From positions 1 to 64,000 of the forward strand of contig JAQGDQ010000783.1 of assembly GCA_030141605.1 (NCBI GenBank): 64,000 bases of DNA. The letters are read 5' to 3'. Made by a program: the position numbers and the translations under genes. Positions 29,077-41,360 of the stretch are shown in pieces. This DNA comes from Tubiluchus corallicola (lineage: Eukaryota > Animalia > Priapulida). Every line of letters begins with the position of its first letter. The stretch's first letter is position 1. The notes beneath the pieces are model-generated. The model was not told where the DNA came from. It searched no databases and was given only the letters and a program-made list of their open reading frames with translations.

Positions 29077-29904
29077 CCTTTAATTTGCAGGTATAATTCT
29101 TTACAGTGGATCAACGATTGCTTATTATACGCGCACACTCAAAGTTTGTATCACTACTGACCTGTACTCTCCTGTTAACTTTTCCTAACACATACTAGCA
29201 TATTAAATAAACGTTTTTGTCGCTTGGCGTTGTGCAGGGTATTTACAGGCTAACTGCGGGATCAAAAGCATTTTCAAAAGCATTTATGTAGTAAAAAACC
29301 CCATATTATTAAAAACATTTGTTTTGAATTTTCGGGTTTTATCGAAGCTATTTTTCTCTTTTTTTACGATTTGTTAAATATGAAAATGCAATTGCACACC
29401 ATGCTCGGCGATAGAAAAACTACAATTTTCGTGCTTGCCAACCTATAATTATAGTGTTTTCGTAAGAGAAGCAAATAAAATATCACATCCGCCTGTGGCG
29501 CAGTACTGTACAGTAAGGGCTTACTTATCTACTGTACAGTGTTCATATTGTGATTCCTGCAACTATATATTTTAAGTTCCTAATGTTTTCCTGAGTTTAC
29601 TTTTTTGTTTGTTTTTAGCTTTATTGCTAGTAGACCATCGTACAAAAATGCTTTTTCCTTCATTTTCATGCCTGTTTTTAAAAAAACTAAAGTTTTCCAA
29701 TGTGATAAAATGAGTGACAATAGGATAAAAAGTCTGAAATGAAAAATGGAGCCCTAACTTTTCAAATCTTGGGCAGAAGTAAACTAATGCAAACAATGCA
29801 TTTTGCCAGTTTGTAATTGAGCTGTTGACCATGTTCATGTCATAAGCATGTCTAAAATTGTGCCTGTGGTTGACTTGCAGTTTCTGTAGTTTCTCATGGT
29901 AAGG

Positions 29905-30290
29905 TTCTGGAAATAGATCTGGCTCTGATAGGGTGTGTTGATTGGCGAGAAGGAGAGAAAATAGAAAATAAATTCACTATTAGCAGTTACTACTCTACTG
30001 CTCTCTGATAGAATGTAAATGAAATCCAGCACTACTTCACATCTAGAAACTCAATGGCATTCCAAAACTTATAACAACATGTGTTTTATTAAAAAAAAGA
30101 AATATTTTAAGAATTGGATCTCGTTCTGATAGGGTGTGTTGATTGGATAGCAGAAGAATAGCATTTTCTCTGCCACTGATCTCTGTCAGAGGTATGCGCT
30201 AATCATGCACCACTTTGCATTGAGAAGCTTTATAGCCTCACAAAATTTCTGAAGGCATGTGTTCAAAAAAAGAAGAAGAAAATTACAAAG
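29905..30290. repeat. Diverged tandem duplication of about 200 bp, probably inside a MITE
   Basis: ctgatagggtgtgttgattgg occurs at 29925 and 30126 with similar downstream sequence. Confidence 0.6.
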
Positions 30291-31201
30291 TCACGAAACA
30301 GGCAGCAAATAGGTTTAAAAGCTGTCATAAATGTAAACTAATGAAAGTTATGCATATTGCTAGACTGATTGCTTAGCTTTTGTTCTTGATCATAGTCGGT
30401 TGAAACCCGTATTGAAAACTATACCTGCTGATGAAGTTATCTTCTCTTGGGAAGATCCTGGAATCTGTCTCTGCTAGGATGCATCTGTTGGCTAGAGTAA
30501 CAGTAAAAACGAATAAAAATAACACTAGTTGACAATGTTTCTGACGTTGAAGATGATATTTATAGAAATTGAAGATTTTGCAAACAATAGTTGCAAAATT
30601 CAGCCTTAAAAATGAAGAGATGACAGCCTTTTTTGAAAGTACTTATTTTGTTTTATTGAATTTCTTTAATACATGGAAAGTGAATTTCACAATGAAACCT
30701 CAGCATTTAACCTTGCAGCCCATCACCCACATGTCAAAGGTCAACAATCTTGGCATAACTTATATCATTCAGTTTGTCTCATTGAGACCTTTCATTTGAT
30801 ATATATAAATAGCTTGACCTCTTGTAAAATTATGACGTTGTGACATTACATCGTTTGTGCCTGTAATGATGCACATGGAGATTTCATTCCTGTCAATGTT
30901 ATCTGTTAAAGGCTCAGGCGACTTAGTATATTTAGATCCCTAATTAATTTCAACTAATTGATCACGTGCGTGGGCGTGTGTAGTCTATATATAATTTATG
31001 TCTGTTATTCAGTTGGACTCACTTCTGTAATTTTGCTTCTCGACTGTTTACCATTTCCTGAGATTGAAACTGAATTTCCATAACACTTTGAACTTGAGCC
31101 TTGTAAAATTTGCAAACTTCTGTAAAGTTCATTACATTAGTAGAGAATAAAGAAATTTATGAAGAAAGCAATGACGTTGTTGTTTGCATGTATTGCAGTT
31201 A

Positions 31202-31232
31202 AATAATAATAATTATGATAATAATAATATTA

Positions 31233-31318
<86 letters not shown>

Positions 31319-31328
31319 TATAATAATA
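31202..31328. repeat. (AAT)n microsatellite (mirror 60600-60726)
   Basis: Direct reading of the sequence. Confidence 0.95.
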
Positions 31329-31769
31329 AAAATATTTTTATTAGGCACCTTACACAATATGTCTCAAAGCGCTTTACAGCAGTTGAGAAAATATTACAGC
31401 AAAAAAGTTAAAATTTGAAAAAAAATTACAGAGTTAAAATATACTTTCACAAACTTCAACAAATCATCAAACTTTGCACGTACGTAGAATAATAAAATAG
31501 CAGGAAGTTATCAAAATTAAATGGATCCATTAAGAGAATGACAACCACAAACCAAAATTAGAAAAAAAAACATCTTAAAATGTCTTCGCTAAAACTAATA
31601 AACTTATAGTTATTTAAACATTAAAGAGATAGGTGTTGTGTAATGTTCTAGGGAGGTGTAACAATGGGGAGCATTAAGAGATGAAGTAATGCATAAATTA
31701 AAACCGTGGTCAGTGAAACCATTTTCTAAGAATTATAAGAACGTGAAATTATGCATAGCTATAATATTG

Positions 31770-32122
31770 ACCTTTGCCACTTTGAATTTCTCACAATCCA
31801 CCAAAACCACTAACAGTACACTTGCAATGATTTATAGGGATATTGGAGTTATTGATGCTTTCATTCTGGGAACTGTCTTGGCCGCCATCTTAGATTTTAG
31901 TTCAGATAGTTTTTTAAGTTTGGTACCAACCTGAAATTCATCACTAAGCCCTATATAGCACTTTTGCCAACAGAAATTGACATTATTATTTTGGCGGCCA
32001 TCTCAGATTTTGACCAAAATAGAGTGTCCTTAATGAGCATAGTCTGAGGAACTTTTGTGTTTCAATAAAGTTTCATGCCTCTTTCATTTTTGCGCAATTC
32101 ATCTCTTAATAGCTGGGACTAT
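31770..32122. mobile_element. MITE fragment with repeated GGCGGCCATCTT..ATTTT motifs
   Basis: gccgccatcttagatttt and ggcggccatctcagatttt, a motif common in invertebrate non-autonomous DNA elements. Confidence 0.5.
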
Positions 32123-32208
32123 CCTGAAGTTAGCACATTTTAATTTGCATAACTTAGAGTGTGAAAATGTCTTTGTTGGGATAATCGTCCCAGTAGGCTT
32201 TGACTGGA

Positions 32209-33240
32209 TTAGTGAGAAACGTAGTAAATGAGATTGACCACTTTTTTTACTAAGGGGTATGTGCACATTCCTAAACCTTTAAAACTTTTGATAAAATGAA
32301 TTCCTATATCTCTGTGATTGCATACAAACGTAACATTATTTGGCAAATTTGGGTAGAGCGTGTACAGTTCATGTTTTCCTGTATAGTGAAGAAAATAAGC
32401 TTCGTTCATTTTGATTTTAGGATGAAAATGTTCCATCCAGCCATTTATTACCAAATCTTTGTCACCAGGTACTAAAGGTAGAAATGTTTTATTTTGCTTC
32501 ACTGTATGATACCATTGTCTAAACTCTGCCCAAATCCAAGGCATTGGTGCACAACCCCACGTGCTGAAAAGTCGATAGAGAAAAACAATGTCTGTAAAAG
32601 TAGGACAAACAACATCCCTATCCACTCCAGGCTTGACAACAAGCCGACCTCGGTACAAAGTTATGCTGGCCAAATCCGCCAGATCCTTGTACATATAAAT
32701 TGCAGCCTTCAACCATTTATAATAGTGTATAGAGACTTCACAATCATCTTCTAAGATAAGACCAAATTCTTTGCCCCTTCTGTCTAAATCTGGCGTCCAT
32801 GTATCATACCATTGTGTATAAGCACCAGCATGCTCACTTCTTACATGGACTGTCTTTCTTCCATGTGTCCATTTTGCTTGCTGTGCCACCTGCACAGTCT
32901 TTTCATCAGCAAAACCATCAACAGGACAGTCAATCCAGATTTCAAGAAGAACTGTAACATTCATGTAATCAGCAGATTCAAGGGACAAAAGCAATCTTCT
33001 GAGCGAATAGTTTCAATTAAAAGCTATAACTGTTATTGTTAAACGAAAGTCAAATTTTATTAATGAAAAGGGATTCACTTCTACGTTTGCTGGTAAATTA
33101 GTAACTCCGTCGTTGTCATAAAATAAATTCGCAAAACGAACAAAAAAGTAAGATGATTTCAATAACAGTAGAAGTATTACAGCACAACAGAGATAAAAGA
33201 GACACAAATGAGTCTTCATAGCGGTAACTGAAATACGCAT
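32209..33240 (-). pseudogene. GT-A-fold putative glycosyltransferase of the plant At5g12260-like family; single exon; in-frame TGA at 33015-33013
   Basis: ORFs 33240-33013 (TM anchor) and 32994-32209 share a frame. VIAFN*NYSLRRLLLSL..ADY, W.HG.K.VH.R..HAG..QW..TW, LEDDCEVS..YY, FLY.L..TWG...P..W.EFR.WY. Confidence 0.8.
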
Positions 33241-33770
33241 ATTTGTCTTTCTAATGACCTCGGAATATCGCGCACTTCAAACTTTCTTCTATCCGTCCTG
33301 CCGCTTAAAAACATTATTTTCACATAAATAGTCTTATAAAATGATCAGCATTAATGAATCGTTTTCTTAATAAGTAAAAAACTAGCAAGTCCAACCACTA
33401 TAGAAAATAAATCACGCACAAACACATCACAGTGAAATTACTTTCAATAGATCTGTCCATTTTAAGCTGGTACTTTTGTGTATATTGTTGTTTTATACTT
33501 CAATTTCTGTTCGCATATTCCAGTTCCTGTTTCTGCGTATTAAATATGTTATTGTTTTATCCACTTTTCATCTGCAAATAAACAAATCTACAAAAACGCT
33601 CAATTTTGCAATATTTTTGAAAAAAAAACCAACGTAAGCTAGCGAGCTTTGGCAGTTGTTGTAAGTTGCGAAAGATAATTTTTGAAAAAGTGTGCGAACG
33701 TTACATATAGATTTGTCATCGCATAGCCGTATGTGGCTTAGGGTTTCTCGGTTTTACATACGGTTCTGAA

Positions 33771-34760
33771 ATGAGGGGACACAGACGTTTATCTAAGTTA
33801 CTCTTAGGAGTTTTTGTGGTCGCCATTATTTTTTTGTTTGATGAAACAATTATGTTAAGTACGAGTAGGTTAATGCACAGAAAAGGACCGCTGCCTCCCA
33901 AGCAAATGGAAAGCCTCAAAGCGGCAACGAAACCGGTAAAGTTAATCGATTTGTGCAAAAATATCACTGCTAATGGCAAAATACCTTATATTGCCATTGC
34001 TAACCAATGATACGTAAATATAACATTGAGCTGGTTGTGTAACATCAGAATGATGGGAATATTAGATCAGATTATTATAGTTGCTACAGATGAGGATACA
34101 CGTGTGATTCTGCTGGGTCTTTGGCCGAATTTGAACGTGTACAAACACACAACTCAAAAACCACTAAAAATGAAATACGAATTTGACAGTACTGGGTACA
34201 GATATATAATTCTAGAGCGAATACATTTGCTTCACGAACTTCTGTTGGAAGGAATTGCTTTTCACATCTTTGAAACAGATGCTGTGTGGTTGAAAAACCC
34301 TATACCTCTGCTTGAAGAACACAGTGGAGTGGATTCGATAGGATCTCTTGTTGGCGAAAGACTTGACAATTATAACATTTCTGTCAATTTCATGTTCGTC
34401 AACAATACCATTAGTGCCCGCCATATTTGGGGTGAGATGGTACAAAGAGTGGAAAATGATTTTCGACATAAATACGAGCAGGGAGTTTTAGATAATTTAT
34501 GCAAAATAGGCTATGCAAAAGCAAAGTGCGATTTTTACCCCTACAATCAAGTAGCAGATGGTCTTGTTTATTTTACTCAGGGTGCTAAAGACTTTGCTCC
34601 TGATCCTGCTGTGATTAATATCAACTGGATTATTGGGATTGACATGAAGGTGACTATAGCTAGAAAACATAGTCACTGGTTCTTGGACAGTAACAATAAG
34701 ACATGTTTAGAGATTGATTTGAACAGATATCACAGGAAAACTAGTTTTAAAGCGCAATAG
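33771..34760 (+). pseudogene. Nucleotide-diphospho-sugar transferase (PF03407/GT77-like); single exon; in-frame TGA at 34008-34010
   Basis: TM anchor; ANQ*YVNITLSWLCN, IIVATD, FETDAVWLKNP (DxD-like), EQ..L, ININWIIGID.K..A...HWFL. ORFs 33771-34010 and 34026-34760 share a frame (329 codons read through). Confidence 0.83.
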
Positions 34761-34899
34761 TTTTGATGAAGCAGATCAAATATTTTGTGTTATTTGAGTA
34801 ACACAAGCACACACTTTTAGCCCTGCTGTTCACATCATAGCAGCTAAAGCATTTACTGACATGACCTTTGAGACTGCAGTGTCATGCAACCCGGTGACG

Positions 34900-36351
34900 T
34901 CTTTTCCATCCAAGATGGCTCAAAAATATGGCTGACCAGACACACACTCATCGGTTCCTGCTCCAGCAGTGACTAAAGTTGACATATCTGAAGTGGATGG
35001 GACCAAAAGTTGTTTGTGTGACGGTTTGTCTCTCACACTAGGTGCTAATCTAGGCCTTTCAGCTGGAGGGGCCTTCTTTCTTGGGTAAGAGGAAGCATAA
35101 TGGCACTGCTGGGCATAATGGTAACATTGCATTTTGGCTGGTGCTGTTCCTCCTTCGGGTGTTGCAGGTGTTACATCAGGTTTACGGTTTGCTGATGATG
35201 AAGAGAATTTAATAGAGGTTGTTGCTCTGGGATTCTGAGATGAAATATAAGCTTCAGCTTTTTGGGCGGCTTCGTCAAGTTTTTAGATGCAAATTTTCTT
35301 CAGCCACAAAGCGATTATTGCAGGGATTATTGTCATGAAAGGCTATTAAATCAAGGGCCCGATCTTTACTAGTGACCGACATAGCATCTGCCCAGTCCCG
35401 TAGGCTCTGCCTGAGGCGTTCCACTGTCTGCGTACACGTCTCATCTTTGCGTTTAGAAAGGTCCCTAAACGCTGTGGTAACTCTCAGGAGTCACCATATA
35501 AGCTGCAATAATGGCTTCCTTGACTTTGGTATAAGAACGAATATCATCCCCTTCAATAAGTTGGAAGGCATAACTAGACTTACCCGAGAGATGAGGGGCA
35601 AGAGAACAACACCACTGTGACCTTGGTATATCATTCACCTGGCAACAACGCTCATAATAAGCCAAGTATTCCAGGATCGACTCAAATTTACCTTCATAAA
35701 AGGTCGCACTTTGAGTTTAATATGCTGTATGGATTCAGTAGATGTAGAGTGTGCATTTGTGTTTGATGCATTTAATGAAAGACGTGCTCTTTGTAACACT
35801 CTGTCATGTCTTTTGCTTTCTTGCATTCTTTCCCTCTCTTTCTCTCGTTCCTGTTGAGGTTCCCTTTTCCCTAATTCACGCATCTGCCATTCTCTGTCTC
35901 TCGCTAACTCTCTTTCTCTCGCACTGGGCTCCTCCAGTCGTAAAATTAATTTAACTTTATCATCTAGGGGCAACCCAGTTAAATCATACATGCCTGTCTT
36001 ATTACTACTAGTTATTTGTGTGCTAGGATCGCTAAGCTGTTTTGCTGGTGTTTGGTGCAAGGTAAGACGTGGCGGACTCAAGTCGGGAGAGGGCAGTGCT
36101 AACTTCGTAGCTTGTGCTTTCTCGACTGTCTGTTGTACTGCTGACAACAGTGTAGTGACGGGCGAAACCATTCCTTGTTGGGATTCCGATGGTACAGGGC
36201 ACCGGGCCTGAATTTCTAATATTGTGTCAATAAGAACTACCCGCCTATTAGACAAAGAGATCATACCCAATGATCTAGCTATTTCTCGAAGCTTGGACAT
36301 TGGCAAATCGTCCAACATTTCTCTCGTATAGATATTGTCTTCGTCTTTCAT
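34900..36351 (-). mobile_element. Ty3/Gypsy gag remnant (SCAN-like capsid, decayed zinc knuckle), frameshifted
   Basis: Coiled-coil ERERE region, LAPHLSGK, Y.KVKEAIIAAYMVTPESY, and CYHYAQQCHYASSYP (decayed CCHC). Confidence 0.8.
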
Positions 36352-36856
36352 GTTTATTAATGTAATATTATAATACTGTGAGTGTGAATAAAGCAGTCAA
36401 ATACGAAACATATTATTAAGTTTAATGACACAATAAAAATATCAAAATTCGTGAAATTTAGCTTTTTTTACTTTTATGAAAACAAATGCAAACTATATTA
36501 TGGAATCTTATATTCCAGCACAAAATTACCAGGGAAATGTTAAAAAATACTAAAATCTAATTTACCCATTTTTCTGTCTACAAACGAGTACTGCAATTGT
36601 AAAAACACTTGTATTTAATAATATGCGAGATACACATGCATAAATCTTATCTTACCTATCTCTAAATTTGTTTTTTTAAACTTTTCTGAATTAAAATACA
36701 TTAAGAATCAACGAAATCCTTATAACGAATGCTGCTCTGTAACCAAAGCCGTAAAAAGTATAATATATTTTTCGTAACAGCATTTTAGAAGCTGCAAGGC
36801 GTATAATTTCTCATGTATGTTCGTCGTTGCTTTTGAAACAGTTGCGCATTTTCAAT

Positions 36857-39665
36857 ATGGCAAGGAAAACGGCCGCCATTAAATTGCTTGTTTTTATACT
36901 TTCAAGTTATACTTGTGTAAAAGTACTCCATATATTTATTTACAACACGTCAACAACTGATTTTGTATTTCGCTACAAAAATTATTTGCAACAACAGTTT
37001 GTCAACAGACGCGATGACTATGAAAGGTAAATTCAGTAACGCACGTTATTCAAAAATTAGTAAGTCGTATAATCTTAAAAAAATTACTGCAAAGTCGGTT
37101 TTGCGAAATTTGATTTTCCAACGTTGGAATAAAGATTCAAAAGAACTTACTCATAATTCTTCTTATATATTTTGGCCTACAGGACTATAAGGTGGTTGAT
37201 TGATAAAGAAAAAAAGACCTTCGACATGAGAGGTACGTTAGTGGATTGTGATACGTGAGGTTAGCGGTATTTTTACATATTTAATACAATTGCGAAAACG
37301 GAACTGTCCATTCATTGCTACATTATTGTGCTTTTTAATTCAAATGTAGACTCTAGACTGGTTCATAGCAAACGACATTGTCTTTCTGGATTCCAAGGTC
37401 CAGTCAGAAAAGATCGAGACAGAAATGATAATAGCATTTTATACATTTTAAAACACTAACTGGGTTGCTGCCACAGAATCTGTTTGAATTTACGTTTTTC
37501 GAAAGTAGTTTAAAGGTTAACATATTCTATATGTACATTTGTTATAGATCTCTATCCCAGGGTGGAGCAGGTAAAGACTGATTTATTGAAGCACTAGATG
37601 AATCTTATAATACCTACTAGCCTCTCAACCCAAGCACCCGTATAGCATTGTCTTTGTTGGCAACTTTAATGCCAAATGTAAGGTCTGGGGCCAGGCAGAG
37701 TTAAATGAATATCCAATTGGCCGTAACTTAAATAATCTCATTGTACAAAATCAATTATTCCATTTAATTACCAATCACTCTCGAGTAAATAGTACGTCAA
37801 AGTCTGTACTGGATTTGATAACCACAAACTCACTTTGATTATTTACTAACTATGATGTACTTTCACAAATATTTACATGCGATTATAATCCCATTTTTGG
37901 TAAAATTTGTGTCAAAATTCCAGTACGTCATGCTTTCAAAGGTATATGATTATAATTATGCAGATTGGCCAGCATTAAATCAGCAATCTCTGCTGGAAAT
38001 TGGGAGGTTATGATTTCAAATGACTGACTATCAATATAGTTACTGATAAAATACAAACAAAAATAACTAAAATTACTAACTAAACTACACAAACATCTAT
38101 TTGCCAGCAAAATGTCGTATACAGTTAAACACACCAGCCAGATTAAAAGGCGCTATTTTCTACCATAGCTGTGTTGTTAGTTCTGTTATTGAGATTGCGC
38201 TTCAAGACCACTATGACTTTCGACTCGCTCCAAATAAAGAATCTAATCTAATCTAATCAGTGCTCTCACTTCAGCATGTTATCCAAATTTGTTCAACTCT
38301 AAGCTGTGACTTGCCCAGTTTACGCTTGCAAACTACACAAAATAAAAAGATTTGTGTAAGAAAAACCTGTGTCTTAAGTTGCATAATTATATACATTGAC
38401 TTACGTATTTGGCCATTGTTTATTTTTATAATAAATTTAGTGGTGTGTGTCTTGTATTCAGTTTTAATTAAATAACTTCTGCCATGACAGCAAAGAAAGA
38501 ACATATCGCACAGTTGCATGGCGCCAATTCCAGTATTGGGGAAAACACATGTAGTGCTATAAGCTTGAAAGCGGGGAATGAAAAGTTGACCTTCTTAGCG
38601 TTTGACTTATTTACATTAGTACCTTGTTGCAGGATTTATAGAAGAGACAAATCTTCATCATCGACGTCATCCTCAGTCTCGTTATCAATTTGCAAACCAG
38701 TCCATGATTTCTTCTTTTTTAAAACTCCTAAATGTGCAAGCAGTGCTCTTCAAAACATATTCATGAGATACGGTAAATATAACAACCTGTCCTTTGCACT
38801 TCCTCGTAAGGGAAACCTCGTTGATGTAAATAAAGAATTTGGCAAAAGGATGCTTATCCCTCATCCAAGAAATGTCTACAATGTGTTCTGTCACCATACA
38901 ATACTACATATAGACAAAGTTAAGATGCTAATGCCAAAAGTAAAGTTTTTATCAATTTTACGTCAGCCTACCTCATGGTTGGAGTCTGTTTACAGCTATG
39001 GTGGTTATGAGAAGTATATTGGTGTTAACATAACAACGTTTTTACAATGTCCATTGAATTACTCTGCACGTGGTACTCGTGCAAAGAACATTTATAAATT
39101 AAGCAATGGTATGCTGCGATTGTTTGGATTACAGAGAACAGATTATAATAACACCACTGCAGCTCCGAAACTCATAAAAGAAATACAGAATAAGTTTGCT
39201 TTAATAATGATAGCTGAGAGATTTGACGAGTTGCTAGTTCTTCTGAAAAACCTACTTTGTTGGGATTGGAAAGATGTTACAGTGTTTAAAACAAACGTTC
39301 GAAAATCGTCAAAGAAGACAATACTCTCAAATTGGCAAAATCGCATAGTGGAGCAATGGAGTGAATGGGATACATTATTCTACAGAACAATTTTAAGTGA
39401 TTTTAATAAAAAGGTGAAAAACTATGGCAGTGATAAAATGTCAAAAGATTTAGAAATTTTAAGGCTTCATATTCGTTCAGCAGAAAATTCATGTGTTCTA
39501 AGTAACTGCTCCTCTGAAGTTCTTGACCCGCGTTTCAAGTCTTCAACCTCAGCCATATGCACATACAAACTGCGAAGAGGAGCCCCTAACTTCTGTATCG
39601 ACATCTTGAAAACAGAGATGTTCTTCACTCAAGAACTCCAATTTCAGCAGTGGCAGAAATTATAG
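36857..39665 (+). CDS. GAL3ST: Galactose-3-O-sulfotransferase family, 2 exons (36857-37026, 38633-39665), 400 aa, intact
   Basis: Exon 1 TM anchor with donor AG|gtaaat; acceptor ttgttgcag|G in phase. FFKTPKCASSALQNIFMRYG, ILRQP..LES.YSY, F.LIMIAE.FDE.LVLLK.LLCW. Confidence 0.92.
37520..38100 (+). mobile_element. LINE endonuclease fragment in the GAL3ST intron (mirror about 53830-54410)
   Basis: IVFVGNFNAK and SKSVLDLITTN motifs; degenerate. Confidence 0.55.
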
Positions 39666-40289
39666 TATTGCAAAAGTCAGGCAAACAATGAGCTTGGAAT
39701 TCAGAATTAAGATTCTGCTAAGCATAAAGGAGGGTAATTCAGATCCTACCGTAATTTCGTTCTTCGTTTAATTGGACAAGAATATTTTAAGCAGACAGCA
39801 CACTACGTACTTGTGGAAATGAGGAGCAAACACCTGAGCACATATTGTGCCTTGACAGGCGAGTGGAAAACTGGAAAATAGCTATCTTAGGAAAGGAAAT
39901 GGTTTTTAAGGAGTGATGCTTCCGTGAACTGCATGATGATTATGTAACAAAATTCTGGTTAAAAAAAACTAATTTGATCAAAAATCAACGTTTTACTGAT
40001 TTTGTTATTTCTGGATTCAAAAGTACATCAGAGGTGCACAAAGCACCTTGCAGTAAACCTTGAGAGTCTAAAAAGAGAGTCTAAAAGCTGTTGCTGAAGA
40101 TTTTTACATCTTTCACAGTTTCTGAAGATTGTTGCGTCTATCACAGTTAATGTCATTGATTACATCAGAATAAGACTTGGTCTGAGCGTAGCGATTCAAA
40201 ACTACATCAGCATTTGCCAACTCACTGGAGATCTCATAATGACAGTGACAGTAATCAGCAGATCTACATTTATACAACAGTAGGTTCAC

Positions 40290-41360
40290 AAATCTCATTA
40301 CATAAGAGATTAAACATTTTTTTAAGTGATTCAAATATAGATAACTTGGAGAGTGTTATGAATACACAGTTAAATAAAGTAACAGAATGGCTGAATGTAA
40401 ATAAGCTCTCATTGAATATTAATAAATCTAACTTCATGCTCATAAAAAAGAAAAGGAGAACACCATCAAGAAATATAACCATAATTCTTAGTAATGTTAT
40501 CGTTGAAAAAAAGTCACATGTTAAATATTTGGGAATATTTCCTGATGAGCACCTAGACTGGAAGTACCAAATAAGTATAACAAAGCATAAATTGACCTTG
40601 GGAATCATCTGTAAATTACGCAAGTTTGTTAATAGAGAAACATTGATGAAAATCTATTACAGTTTAGTCTACCCACATCTAATATATGGAGTCATGTCTT
40701 GGGATGGTGTATATAAAAGTAATCTGGAAGCTTTACAAATTACCCAGAACAAAATTCTCAAACTAATATATCATGTAAGGTATGACCATCCCACAAATAT
40801 AATATATTTATCTGTTAAAAGTCTTAAACTGAAAGAAATATATGACATGTATTGTCTTCATTTCATGTACCTACCATAATTCATTACTTCCACCAGCTTT
40901 TCAGTCATACTTTAGTCCAGTTTCAAATCAACATGATCATTAAACAAGATATTCAGTCGAAAACTATGTACTCCCCCTTCCAAAAACAAATATAATGAAA
41001 TAGTCATCAAAATATAATGCTATTAAAATATGGTCATCAATTCCGCGTGAAATGGAAACTCTTAATCTTTATCAATTTAAAAAAGCATCAAAGAATTACC
41101 TACTACAACAGTATAATTAACTCACAATTTTACTCATCCTGACCTTAAGTTACTAACAAAACTTATTTTGTTCTATTGTATGCTATAACTGATGAAAATG
41201 TAATGTTAATTGTCAATTATTTCACTTATCTGGAGGAGGACTCGAAAGCTAAATGCTCCTTCCTCCTCCTCACAGTAACTCGCATAGTTTATTTTTTTTC
41301 TTCAATGTTACATAATTTATATGTATGTTTGAGTTGCTGTGAAATAAATTCATAATTCTC
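40290..41360 (+). mobile_element. 5'-truncated LINE (CR1/L2-like): RT C-terminus plus 3' UTR stem-loop
   Basis: WLNVNKLSLNINKS, KYLG..D..L.W, IYYSLVYPHLIYG..W. Hairpin ggaggagga...tcctcctcc at 41232-41269, then aataaa. Confidence 0.85.

Noticed and set aside
22573-34010. Alternative genetic code or selenocysteine for the in-frame TGAs
   Set aside because: TGA also ends the CHST and GT11 genes at expected positions, the one clearly alignable position is Arg rather than Cys, no SECIS was recognised, and neighbouring genes carry frameshifts.
22573-34016. Similar sequence after stops (TGAAATCACTATTCG vs TGAAACTATTCG; TGATACGTA twice)
   Set aside because: Short AT-rich matches, one of them at a true terminal stop. 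Indistinguishable from chance.
35635-36351. Domesticated gag/SCAN gene
   Set aside because: Frameshifts split the capsid region and the zinc knuckle is decayed.
38484-38632. N-terminus of the 393-aa ORF taken as the GAL3ST start
   Set aside because: It is intronic read-through. The TM-bearing exon at 36857-37026 splices in phase to 38633.
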